Below are positions 47,300 to 56,736 of a DNA stretch of 64,000 bases, piece after piece (positions within the stretch are counted from its first letter, which is position 1; every line of letters begins with the position of its first letter). Source of the DNA: Candidatus Latescibacterota bacterium (GTDB taxonomy: Bacteria > Latescibacterota > UBA2968 > GCA-2709665); contig CBDCOX010000002.1 in NCBI GenBank assembly GCA_965219995.1, forward strand, positions 640,001 to 704,000, in the 5' to 3' direction. The notes under the pieces are model-generated. The model saw only the letters and a program-made list of their open reading frames with translations. It ran no database searches and was not told the origin of the DNA. Made by a program: the position numbers and the translations under genes.

Positions 47300-48311
47300 A
47301 GGCAGGGTGGGCGCCGCAATTATCGGCTGCGGAAACATGGGAAAGACCCACGCGCGTTTGCTGGCGGGCTTCGATGAGGTGTCGCTGCGGATGCTGGTGG
47401 ATGCCGACGAGAGCAGGGCCCGGGCGCTTGGCGCAGAGGTCCCGGCCGCGGCGGTGAGCACGGAATTCGAACGAGCGCTGGACGATCCCGCCGTGGACGT
47501 CGTGTTCATCTGTACCCACCACCATCTCCACGCCCCCATGTGCGTGGCTGCGGCGGCGGCCGGAAAGAATATCTTCTGCGAGAAACCCCTGGCGATCAAC
47601 CTCGAGGATTGTGACGCGATTTCGAAGGCAGTAAACGCGGCGGGCGTGAAGTTCATAGCCGGTTTTCAGGCGAGGTTTTCGCCGTTTTTCCTCAAGTTGA
47701 AGGAGGTCACGCCGCGGCCATGGCTCACGATCGCGCAGTATTTCGATCCAAGGTGGGGTGAACAGAGCTGGGCGAACGATCCGGTTGCCGGCGGAGGCAA
47801 CGTGCTGAGCCAGGGGTGCCACTGTTTCGACGCCGTCCGTTTCCTGAACGCGTCCGAGGCGGTATCGATCTATGCGGCAGGCGGGAACTACCACCATCCC
47901 ACGTTGCCCATCACCGACGCCGTGGCGTGTACGTTGCGGTTCGCGGACGGGGCGGTCGCCAACGTCGCGATCGGCGACGTGGGAAAACCGGCGCTGATGG
48001 GCAAGGCGGCCTACCAGGTCTTCGCCGGCGACACGTCGGCGAGTCTCTTCAATTACCACTGGAATCCCGAGATCCGGCTGTGGGGCGCCGGGCCCGGCCG
48101 GTTGACGGTGGACGACATTCCCGGATGCGACGATTCGGATTTCGCACACGGTTATACACAGCAGATGCGTGCGGTGGTGAATTGGACGCTTCGAGACGTC
48201 GACCCGGTGAACGCTGCGAAACTGGACGACGCCGTTCGGGCGACGACGCTTGCCCTCCGGTCCATTGAAGCGATCCGTACCGGACAGGTGCAGGAACTGA
48301 CCTGGGTGTAG
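47292..48311 (+). CDS. Gfo/Idh/MocA oxidoreductase
   Basis: IIGCGNMG Rossmann motif; CEKP; GGG....GCH.FD. Confidence 0.9.
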   Translation: MTEGRVGAAIIGCGNMGKTHARLLAGFDEVSLRMLVDADESRARALGAEVPAAAVSTEFERALDDPAVDVVFICTHHHLHAPMCVAAAAAGKNIFCEKPLAINLEDCDAISKAVNAAGVKFIAGFQARFSPFFLKLKEVTPRPWLTIAQYFDPRWGEQSWANDPVAGGGNVLSQGCHCFDAVRFLNASEAVSIYAAGGNYHHPTLPITDAVACTLRFADGAVANVAIGDVGKPALMGKAAYQVFAGDTSASLFNYHWNPEIRLWGAGPGRLTVDDIPGCDDSDFAHGYTQQMRAVVNWTLRDVDPVNAAKLDDAVRATTLALRSIEAIRTGQVQELTWV

Positions 48312-48394
48312 GCGCCGTTCCTGATGCGGCACAGGCGAAACGAGGCAGGCACTTACCTGCCGCCCTGTTGGGAGCCGAAGAAAGGAAATCGAAA

Positions 48395-49450
48395 ATGAGC
48401 TACGGTATCGGATTGGTGGGGAACCGGGCCCATCAGATGAGCTATGGCCCGATCCTCGAGGCGCGGCACGATTGCCGGATTGTCGCGGCGGCGGAGCACC
48501 GGGCGGACAAGGCAAAGCCGCTCGAGGAGCGGTTCGGCGTCGCCTGCGGCGCCGACTACGACGCGGTAATGGAAGATCCGGACGTGCAGATCGTTTCCAT
48601 TGCAACCGATTTCTATCTGAAACGACCCCTGATCGCAAAGGCTGTGGCCTGCGGCAAGCACGTTCTGGTGGATAAACCGCTTTCTCGCACCGTTGCGGAG
48701 GCACGGGAGATCGTAAGCGCGACCGAGGGTTCAGGCGTCAGGATCGTGTTGGCCTATCCAATCAGATACCTGCCGGGTCTCGCGGCGCTGGCGCGGGGAA
48801 TACAGTCCGGGGACTACGGAAACGTCGCGTCCTACGCGCATTACTTCGTCCGCCAGTTCAAGGACAGCGACCTCATGCAGTATGTGAGCTACCCCACGCC
48901 GGTCAACGTGAACGGAGGGGGCGAACTGATGAACCTGGGCAGTCATGCCGTGGACTTTCTGCACCACCTTTTCGGCATGCCGGAGCGCATCTATTCCCGG
49001 ATGCGGAACGCCTATTGGGACGAATACCGGGCATTCGGTACGGAAGATATGGCCACCGTCGTCTGCGAATACGGGGACTTTGCCGCGACGTTGGTGACGG
49101 GGCGGAACAAACTCGACGAGGAGGGACCTGCGGCAAACGCCGTGGATGTGACGGCGGAGGGTTACTGGATCCACGCTGAGCCCGATGCGATGTTGCTCAA
49201 CGGCTTGGCGCAGGAACTGCCGCGGATGCCCGTGTCGTATTCGGATTCGTGCGTGCAGGAATTGATCGACTGTATCGAAGACGAACGGGACCCGGAGATG
49301 GGCGTAGCCGACGGTCTGGCCGTTGCGACGATGACGACGGCGGCCTACCAGTCGGCACGGACCGGCGAATTCGTGGCGTTGCCCCTCGAAGACGAGAACC
49401 ATCCCATGATCGCCCCCGATAGGCAGGTGATCGAGGGTTTTCTGGATTAA
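48395..49450 (+). CDS. Gfo/Idh/MocA oxidoreductase
   Basis: GKHVLVDKP, GGGELMNLGSHAVD, AAYQSARTG. Confidence 0.85.
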   Translation: MSYGIGLVGNRAHQMSYGPILEARHDCRIVAAAEHRADKAKPLEERFGVACGADYDAVMEDPDVQIVSIATDFYLKRPLIAKAVACGKHVLVDKPLSRTVAEAREIVSATEGSGVRIVLAYPIRYLPGLAALARGIQSGDYGNVASYAHYFVRQFKDSDLMQYVSYPTPVNVNGGGELMNLGSHAVDFLHHLFGMPERIYSRMRNAYWDEYRAFGTEDMATVVCEYGDFAATLVTGRNKLDEEGPAANAVDVTAEGYWIHAEPDAMLLNGLAQELPRMPVSYSDSCVQELIDCIEDERDPEMGVADGLAVATMTTAAYQSARTGEFVALPLEDENHPMIAPDRQVIEGFLD

Positions 49451-49533
49451 CAGCCCGGTACCACGACCGACAGGACGCGTCGTCAGGGCAACACCGACTG
49501 CATTCGGCCCGGGAGGTCAACTTCCGGGCTGTT

Positions 49534-50853
49534 TCAGTCCATCAGACGGGCATTGTACTGGCGGGGGCCCGGAACGTAGCCGGTGCGGGCGGGTTCGTCT
49601 AACGGCGCGGGCGTATAGATGTAAACGTCGTCCGCCCATGGGTTGTACAGGAGCAGGTCCTCGCGTTCATCGCCGCAGAGGTCGGCGGGCACGGCGTGAT
49701 ACCAGCCCATTTTCTCGGGGCCAACGGGCGGCGGCAGGTCCGGAAGCGCCACCGCGGGTTCTCCGTACCCGTTGAAAAGGATGCCGCCGTTGTAGAGCAT
49801 CGCCGGCGCGTCGAATCCATTCCAGTAAACCGTTTCCATGCCGGTTTCGTTCGGCGAACTGTTGAGACGGAAACGTTGGACAATCCTTCCATCGTTGTCC
49901 GCGACAAGAACGTCGGGACGGTGCCCGAGATAGCGAATGGCCATCTGTGGCGCGGGCGCATCCGCCAGGAAGGTGGCGACCCGCACTTCCTGCCCGTGGG
50001 GAACCGTTTCCTCTCCGAGCGCAAGGATCACGTCCCCGGCCTCGTCCAGAACGTGACCGCCGCCGGAACAGATGGCCCGCATCCGTCCACCGTCCCAGGG
50101 CTGGATCGACACGGAGTCCATATTCGGCGCAATCTGGCGTTCCCATAGCGGCCTGCCGTCGGGATCCAGAATGAAATAGCCGCCCGATACCTCGTCTCGA
50201 CCGTCGCCGTTCAGGTCGCCCACCGCCGGGATATACGCGGAGCAGCGGCCGTAGTCGTTCCACGGGATGGCGTAGTCCCACAACAGGTCCAGATTGTGGT
50301 CGAACGCCAGAACGCGCTCACCCAGCTTGACCACGATTTCCTGGGGAACGGCCGTGCCTCTGAGGTTGGCGATTAACAGGCGCTGGTGAAACCAGTTGGC
50401 GCCCCATCCGCGGCAGGCCTTGAGAATCTCCGGGCGGCGCTCCGCCTTCACAACCCCGGTCGCGCCGTCGCGTATCTGGATGGTAACGTCCGCGAGGGAC
50501 TCCCGGTGGGCGACACCGTCGGGGTGATGGAAGAAGCAGATCACCTCGCTCCGGCCGTCCGCGTCCACGTCGTGGATCGAGACCGAACACGGCCGGAGCG
50601 GCTGGACGCCGCCGTCCCCATCCTGCCACAGAATCTCTCCGTCGAGGGTGAAGGCGCCCAGAAAACAGGGCTTGAGTCCGCTTGCCCTGTCGCAACGGTA
50701 GACCAGCAGATCGGCCTGTCCGTCTCCCGTAAGGTCGCCCAGCCGGACGTCACCGCCAAAACTCAGGTTTCGCCCCTCAACCCGGGTACGGGTCAACAAT
50801 GCGCGCGGTATTTCGACTCGCCGGTAGAGAACGGCAGGGGCGGAATCGACCAT
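49534..50853 (-). CDS. FG-GAP/beta-propeller protein resembling PL11 rhamnogalacturonan lyase C-terminal region
   Basis: GDLTGDG, HDVDADGRSEVI, GDLNGDGRDEV, ADLCGDEREDL and a terminal QYNA motif. Confidence 0.6.
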   Translation of the reverse strand: MVDSAPAVLYRRVEIPRALLTRTRVEGRNLSFGGDVRLGDLTGDGQADLLVYRCDRASGLKPCFLGAFTLDGEILWQDGDGGVQPLRPCSVSIHDVDADGRSEVICFFHHPDGVAHRESLADVTIQIRDGATGVVKAERRPEILKACRGWGANWFHQRLLIANLRGTAVPQEIVVKLGERVLAFDHNLDLLWDYAIPWNDYGRCSAYIPAVGDLNGDGRDEVSGGYFILDPDGRPLWERQIAPNMDSVSIQPWDGGRMRAICSGGGHVLDEAGDVILALGEETVPHGQEVRVATFLADAPAPQMAIRYLGHRPDVLVADNDGRIVQRFRLNSSPNETGMETVYWNGFDAPAMLYNGGILFNGYGEPAVALPDLPPPVGPEKMGWYHAVPADLCGDEREDLLLYNPWADDVYIYTPAPLDEPARTGYVPGPRQYNARLMD

Positions 50854-50929
50854 CAGGCAGACCGCCGATAGTCGGCTGAACGAAGGATGGGCATGTCAAC
50901 GTCTGAAGCGGGGAAGGGAAAGGGGCGGG

Positions 50930-51235
50930 CTACTCCTGCCGACCGGCTTCGTGATCTCGCCGAAGTTGGAGTACGCGTTCGAATCTCTCCGACAGGCTCT
51001 CGCCGGGCCGGGAGAATCGAAGCATGATTTCGTGAGACATCACCATCATCGTGCCAAGTTCGGGATCGGGATATCGGCAGAAGCTGTGTTTGACTTCCTC
51101 TCCCGTTACGCAGCAGTGAGTTTCAAGTGGGAATTCGAAATCGCCGTCGAGCAGACTTCCGGACTTGGATCCGACATCCGAATCGCTATCGGCCGGTATC
51201 TTGTAGTCGGCGTAGAACTGATCCTGTTCAGCCAT
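50930..51235 (-). CDS. Small hypothetical protein (101 aa)
   Basis: GGAG RBS before MAEQDQFY; TTGACA/TATATT promoter-like pair at ~51342-51371. Confidence 0.6.
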   Translation of the reverse strand: MAEQDQFYADYKIPADSDSDVGSKSGSLLDGDFEFPLETHCCVTGEEVKHSFCRYPDPELGTMMVMSHEIMLRFSRPGESLSERFERVLQLRRDHEAGRQE

Positions 51236-51729
51236 CTGGCATGGACTCCTTGAGCGTGGTTGCCGGTCGGACGCCGGGTTGACCGGACCCGCCTCGTGTT
51301 TCCTGGTCACCGGCGGGACCGCGTACAATCTGCAATCCTGAAATATATACCGGAAGCATGTTCGTTGTCAACAAAAACAGTCCGAAACCCGGTGTCCGGC
51401 TGAAGACATCCGCCCCGCGGGCCCAACATCGGTACTGTCGCAGAAAAGCGCACTTTGCCCCTTCAAACCGGCGCTTTCGTGCGGGTTCCGCCCGGCTCGC
51501 GCGCGTGGTTTGGTCTTGATTTCGGGTTGCTGTATTGCTTATTTTCTACCCTGTTCATTGTGGATCGCCCTCAAGTCCGGAATCTGCCGGGGCGATTCAG
51601 ATTCGATGCCACGCGCGCTCCCCGAATGGCGCCCGCAAGCCGATCGCGCCCCATTTCCTGAGGCGGTGCCATCTGATCGTTCCGGCGCGGTCCCGCAAAG
51701 GATAGAAGCATGCTGGTGCTGGAGGGTTC

Positions 51730-53250
51730 ATGGAACTCGAACTGCTGATCGACTGGTTTCAGTCGGTGCTGCTGGTGCTCTATAGCGTGACACTCGGTCT
51801 GCTATTGGTCTTCAGCCTGCACCGCCACGTGATGGTACGCCTGTATTTCAAGAACCGGCGCAACCGGCCAGCCCCGGCCAGCCGGTTCGAGGATTTGCCG
51901 AGTGTGACGGTACAGCTTCCGGTTTACAACGAATTCTACGTGGTGGAGCGGCTGATCCGGGCTGTGGCCGATGTGGACTATCCACGGGATCGCCTGGAAA
52001 TCCAGGTCCTGGACGATTCGACGGATGAGACCACCGAGGTGGCGATGCGTTGTGTGGCGGAGCTGAAAGAGGCGGGACATAACATCGTCTGCCTGCATCG
52101 CACGAATCGCACAGGGTATAAGGCGGGCGCCCTTGCCGAAGGCCTTCGTGTTGCCAGCGGCGAATTCGTGGCTGTATTCGACGCTGATTTTCTTCCGCCC
52201 AGGGAATTCCTCAGAAAGACAATCCACTTCTTTACAGACGAGGGCGTCGGTCTGGTGCAGGCTCGGTGGGATCATCTGAACCGCGATTACTCTCTGTTGA
52301 CGCAGGTGCAGGCGATCTTTCTGGACGGGCATTTCATGATGGAGCACGGCGCCCGCAGCAGATCCGGACTGTTTTTCAACTTCAACGGCACCGCTGGCAT
52401 CTGGCGCCGGCAATGCATCGACGACGCGGGAGGATGGGAGAACGACACCCTGACCGAAGACCTCGATCTGAGCTATCGGGCGCAACTGGCCGGGTGGCGA
52501 TTTCTGTTTCTGGACGACGTGGCTGCGCCCGCCGAGTTGCCCGTGGAGATGAACGCCTGGAAGACCCAGCAGTTCCGCTGGTCCAAGGGCTCCACGCAGA
52601 CGGCACGCAAACTGGTTGGGCGTGTCCTGCGCGCAAGCCTGCCGTGGCGGGTGAAACTCGAGGCCCTGATCCATCTGAGCGGGAATTTCGCTTATCTGCT
52701 TATGGCCATGCTGGCGGCGCTGATCTTTCCGGCCGTGCTCGCCCGTCTGGATCTGGGTTGGTTCCGTGTCGTCTTCGTGGACCTGCCGCTTTTCGTCTCC
52801 GCAACGGGGGCGGTATCCCGGTTCTACATTTACTCGCAGAAGGAACTTTATCCGGACTGGATGAATCGAATCAAATACATGCCCTGTGTGCTGGCGGCCG
52901 GTATGGGTATTTCGTTCAATAATGCCCGGGCTGTGCTCGAGGCATTGGCGGGGCACCAGACGGAGTTTACCCGAACGCCGAAGTACCAGGTCGTGGACCG
53001 CCGGGACACCTGGCGCGGCAAGCGGTACGCCGTGCACAAGAATCTGCTTTCAGTCGTCGAACTCGCCGTGGGGTTGTATTTTCTTTGGGTGATCGGGTTT
53101 GCGATCGGCCATCGGATCTATTTCCCTGTCCCGTTTCTCGCGCTTTTCAGCCTGGGTTTCTTCTACGTAGGATGGATGTCGCTGTTTCAGGGGCGCTTTC
53201 AACGCCTCCGGGCCGCGTTTTCCAGAACGGAGGCGCCCGCGGCGGACTGA
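51730..53250 (+). CDS. Processive GT2 glycosyltransferase (cellulose-synthase-like)
   Basis: QLPVYNE, DDSTD, KAGAL, FDADF, TED and QQFRW motifs; N- and C-terminal transmembrane helices. Confidence 0.9.
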   Translation: MELELLIDWFQSVLLVLYSVTLGLLLVFSLHRHVMVRLYFKNRRNRPAPASRFEDLPSVTVQLPVYNEFYVVERLIRAVADVDYPRDRLEIQVLDDSTDETTEVAMRCVAELKEAGHNIVCLHRTNRTGYKAGALAEGLRVASGEFVAVFDADFLPPREFLRKTIHFFTDEGVGLVQARWDHLNRDYSLLTQVQAIFLDGHFMMEHGARSRSGLFFNFNGTAGIWRRQCIDDAGGWENDTLTEDLDLSYRAQLAGWRFLFLDDVAAPAELPVEMNAWKTQQFRWSKGSTQTARKLVGRVLRASLPWRVKLEALIHLSGNFAYLLMAMLAALIFPAVLARLDLGWFRVVFVDLPLFVSATGAVSRFYIYSQKELYPDWMNRIKYMPCVLAAGMGISFNNARAVLEALAGHQTEFTRTPKYQVVDRRDTWRGKRYAVHKNLLSVVELAVGLYFLWVIGFAIGHRIYFPVPFLALFSLGFFYVGWMSLFQGRFQRLRAAFSRTEAPAAD

Positions 53251-53313
53251 TACGACGTTCCACTATATTCATTAGTACGCAATCCTTCAATTCTTCACGT
53301 GGTATTCTCTGTG

Positions 53314-54198
53314 ATGGCGGGCATCGGACGCATTTTCGCCAATCGATATACGCTTGCCTACGGGACGGCACTGGTTGCGCATCTGCTGTTTTTCGTCTTC
53401 TACGCGCCCCTGCTGAGCCTCGTGCCGCAACCGCGGATCGACGTCTCCGCCCACGAGTCCAGGCCGATGACATTCGAATTCGTCGAACTGCACGATCCGG
53501 TACAGGACGATCGTCCGCCGGATGCGACGTCCTTGCGTTCCGACCGTGTCTCGCGGGCGAAGGACCTCCACGACCTGCCCCTGCCGCAATCGCACCTGCC
53601 CTATACAAACGGCCTGGTGCAATCGCCCTCGCAATCCCGACCCGACGTGGGACGCGACGGCGATGGCGGTGAGCGGGGCGAAACCGACGCCCGAAACCGG
53701 GCCGACCGGGAGGAAGCGGAGCCCAACGAGGCTTCTACGGATTTCGCGTCGCTGTTGAAGCCGCGAAGAACGTGGACCCCCCAGCAGCCGAAGAGCACGT
53801 TGTTCGGACGACCGGACCGGCCCGGCGTGCTGCCCATGAAAAACCTGCGGAGCCACGCCCTCGAGCAGGGAGGGCTGCAATTGAGCACGTATGACTGGGA
53901 ATTCGCGCCGTATCTGGCATACCTCAAACGCCACATCGGAGACCACATTCATCCGCCGGCCGCCTTCACGCAGCTGGGGCTCATCCAGGGCCGGACGCGA
54001 CTGAGATTCCGGATCATGCCGGACGGAAGCCTCGAGGGTCTTGAGGTCATCGCCTTCGACGGCAGCCCGTACCTGCGGGATACCAGCACGCGCGCGGTGG
54101 AACTTTCGGCGGATTTCCGGCCTCTGCCGGCCCACTTTCCGGACGACTATCTGGAGATAACCGGCCTGTTCCACTATCTGTTACTGGATTCCCGATAA
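53314..54198 (+). CDS. TonB-family energy transducer
   Basis: N-terminal transmembrane helix with His (ALVAHLL), Pro/charged linker, TonB-C-like RLRFRIMPDGSL...FRPLP; directly upstream of exbBD. Confidence 0.7.
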   Translation: MAGIGRIFANRYTLAYGTALVAHLLFFVFYAPLLSLVPQPRIDVSAHESRPMTFEFVELHDPVQDDRPPDATSLRSDRVSRAKDLHDLPLPQSHLPYTNGLVQSPSQSRPDVGRDGDGGERGETDARNRADREEAEPNEASTDFASLLKPRRTWTPQQPKSTLFGRPDRPGVLPMKNLRSHALEQGGLQLSTYDWEFAPYLAYLKRHIGDHIHPPAAFTQLGLIQGRTRLRFRIMPDGSLEGLEVIAFDGSPYLRDTSTRAVELSADFRPLPAHFPDDYLEITGLFHYLLLDSR

Positions 54199-54215
54199 TA
54201 CCGGAGCACCCGCAT

Positions 54216-54842
54216 ATGGAATGGGAGTTGTTCGTGCAGGGGGGGCTGATGATGTATCCCCTCACGCTGTGTTCAATCCTTACGGTGGCAATCACCCTGG
54301 AGCGGGCGTTCAGTCTGCGGCGCCACAGGATCATCCGCGGGGAGATTGTCAGCGTCATCGAGAACATAAGCGGCCCCGAGGATATCGGCCTGGCGGTATC
54401 GGTGTGCAACCAGCACGAAGGGCCATTCGCTCAGGTTGTGCGGGCCGGCCTCAACAACCGTCACCTGCCTCCGGATGAGATCAGAGAAAGCATCGTGGAC
54501 CAGGGGCGCCAGGAAATGGGGAAACTTCAGAAGGGGATCGTCGTCCTCGAGACCGTCGCCAGCGTTTCTCCGCTGCTGGGGCTGCTGGGTACGGTTCTGG
54601 GGATGATCAAGGTCTTTCGCGAGATTTCGGAAGTGGGCATCGGGCAGGGCAATCTCCTCGCGGGTGGTATCGCCGAGGCGATCCTGACAACCGGCGCCGG
54701 TCTGTTCATTGCGATTCCGTCGCTGGTTTTCTTCAATTATTTCAGCAGCAAGGCCGAGAGTCTGGTCCTGGAAATTGAGAAATATTCCAACGCGCTGCTG
54801 AAAAAGTTGCGAGGCTTCAAGGTGCATGGGCCGGAGAATTAA
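54216..54842 (+). CDS. exbB: MotA/TolQ/ExbB proton channel
   Basis: GG.MMYPL, SPLLGLLGTVLGMI, GIAEAILTTGAGL.IAIP. Confidence 0.9.
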   Translation: MEWELFVQGGLMMYPLTLCSILTVAITLERAFSLRRHRIIRGEIVSVIENISGPEDIGLAVSVCNQHEGPFAQVVRAGLNNRHLPPDEIRESIVDQGRQEMGKLQKGIVVLETVASVSPLLGLLGTVLGMIKVFREISEVGIGQGNLLAGGIAEAILTTGAGLFIAIPSLVFFNYFSSKAESLVLEIEKYSNALLKKLRGFKVHGPEN

Positions 54843-54854
54843 AGGGGTCGCGAT

Positions 54855-55268
54855 ATGCAGTTGTATCAGAAACCCAGGCGACGGCCGTTTATCAACATCA
54901 CGTCATTGATCGACGTTCTTTTCCTGCTACTGACCTTCTTCCTGGTGACCACGTCCTTCATCGAGCAGTCCGCGCTGAAGGTGGAGCTGCCGTCCATGGA
55001 AAACGTGGACCGGGTCCGGCAGCCGAAACGGTTCGTGCTGGATGTGGCTCAGGACGGTCGGATACACTACGACGGCGAGACGGTCGAGCGGGCCGCGCTG
55101 GGCGACCGGCTGAAGACGGCTTCGAACGAAATCAACGCCGCGGGCGGGCTTGTGTTGAGGGCCGATCGGGACCTCCCCCACGGCGAGGTGATGGGCGTTC
55201 TGGACATCATCCGAGGGGCCGGGATCAGGCGATTTGTGATTGCCACGGTGACGTCCGGACCCGGTTGA
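54855..55268 (+). CDS. exbD: ExbD/TolR biopolymer transport protein
   Basis: INITSLIDVLFLLL.FF; LRADR...HG.VM.VLD. Confidence 0.9.
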   Translation: MQLYQKPRRRPFINITSLIDVLFLLLTFFLVTTSFIEQSALKVELPSMENVDRVRQPKRFVLDVAQDGRIHYDGETVERAALGDRLKTASNEINAAGGLVLRADRDLPHGEVMGVLDIIRGAGIRRFVIATVTSGPG

Positions 55269-55410
55269 AGACCTGCTCAATCCTGTCGTGCATTGCCTAT
55301 ATTGTCTAACCTTGATCGGAAGGTTTCGTCGCAGCGCACCGTTGCTGTTCTTGTCGGCTTGAGGCGAATTGATCGATTGCCTGCTCGTAAAATGTCCCGC
55401 GGGAGGATGT

Positions 55411-56736
55411 ATGTCCAGATTTCAACAGGTCGTCATTGTATGCACCATGGCGGTACTTTCGGGATGCGGGGACGGTGAAAGAGGACAGGCCCGCCGCGGC
55501 GAACAGCGCCGGGGCGCGGCCGTACCCGTGAGGGTGGAGCCGGTGAACCGTCGGGATATTTCGAATTACATCCTGGCCAATACGACGCTGGAGGCGTTTC
55601 AGTGGGTCGACGTGCGTTCCAGGACGTCCGGGCAGGTCGTGGAGATCCTCAGGGAAGAGGGTGATCGCGTTCGGGAGGGCACGGTGCTTGCGCGTCTGGA
55701 TTCGGAGGAACCGACGTTGCAGGTCAATCGTATGGAGGTGGCCTACCACGACGCGCGCCGGACCTTCGAGCGAGATGAAAAACTATTCAAGCGGGAACTC
55801 CTCAGCAAAGAACGGTATGAGAACTCCAGGGGGCAGATGGACCGCGCCCACACCGAACTGCAACAGGCGCGGCTGAATCTGAGCTATACGACCATCGCTT
55901 CACCACTCAATGGCACGCTGACCATTCGAAGCGCCGAGGTCGGAAACATGGTGACCGCGAATCAGGCGGTGTTTTCCGTGGCGGACTTCGACCCGCTGCT
56001 CGCCCGCATCCGGATACCGGAAAAGAACATGGGCAAAGTGGCGATCGGCCAGGGTGCGAAAGTCGCCGTGGAGTCCGCTCCGGGTCGGGTGTTTCGCGGC
56101 GTTGTGAAGATGATCAGTCCCGTCGTGGATCCGGAGAGCGGGACCATCAAGGTCACCATCCAGGTCCCTGGCGGCGGAAACGGAATCCTACGGCCGGGCA
56201 TGTTCGCATCGGTACACATCATCACCGAAGTACACAGGAACACACTGGTGATACCCAAGAAAGCGCTCGTCCACGACGGCGAGGGAAATCAGGTCTTCGT
56301 GTATGAACGGGAGGGCGACCAAGGCGCGGGAAAGGCGGTGCGCCGGAAGGTCGGCATGGGATTTGCCGACAATGAATACCTGGAGATTCTGAACGGCCTG
56401 TCAGAGGGAGAGCAGGTCATCACCGTCGGGCACGACGGCCTGCGTCCGGGCACGGCCGTGCGTCTGGTGGGCGAGGGGGTCCCGGAGGCGACGGGAGAGC
56501 GGACAGTTGGCGGTTCCTCGGGATGGGCAGGCGGCCAGCGGGGCGGCGGTGAGAACGGCCGGCTGAAGGCAATGAAGGAACGGTTGCTCGCCCGGTTTCC
56601 CGATCTGAAGAAGGCATATGACGAACGGCTCAAGAAGGACCCGGATCTCGCCACGAGCGGTGAAAAGTGGCGCGCGTTCGTGGGAGAGATGCGCCGCGCC
56701 GGGATACTGCCGGCCGGGGGCGGGAGACCACAATGA
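55411..56736 (+). CDS. RND efflux membrane-fusion (periplasmic adaptor) lipoprotein
   Basis: Lipobox LSGC; lipoyl-like EEGDRVREG.VLARLD; IASPLNG; LRPGMF. Confidence 0.9.
   Translation: MSRFQQVVIVCTMAVLSGCGDGERGQARRGEQRRGAAVPVRVEPVNRRDISNYILANTTLEAFQWVDVRSRTSGQVVEILREEGDRVREGTVLARLDSEEPTLQVNRMEVAYHDARRTFERDEKLFKRELLSKERYENSRGQMDRAHTELQQARLNLSYTTIASPLNGTLTIRSAEVGNMVTANQAVFSVADFDPLLARIRIPEKNMGKVAIGQGAKVAVESAPGRVFRGVVKMISPVVDPESGTIKVTIQVPGGGNGILRPGMFASVHIITEVHRNTLVIPKKALVHDGEGNQVFVYEREGDQGAGKAVRRKVGMGFADNEYLEILNGLSEGEQVITVGHDGLRPGTAVRLVGEGVPEATGERTVGGSSGWAGGQRGGGENGRLKAMKERLLARFPDLKKAYDERLKKDPDLATSGEKWRAFVGEMRRAGILPAGGGRPQ

Noticed and set aside
42938-48704. Long minus-strand ORFs (487, 500, 542 aa)
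   Set aside because: They overlap well-supported plus-strand enzymes and have no recognisable motifs.
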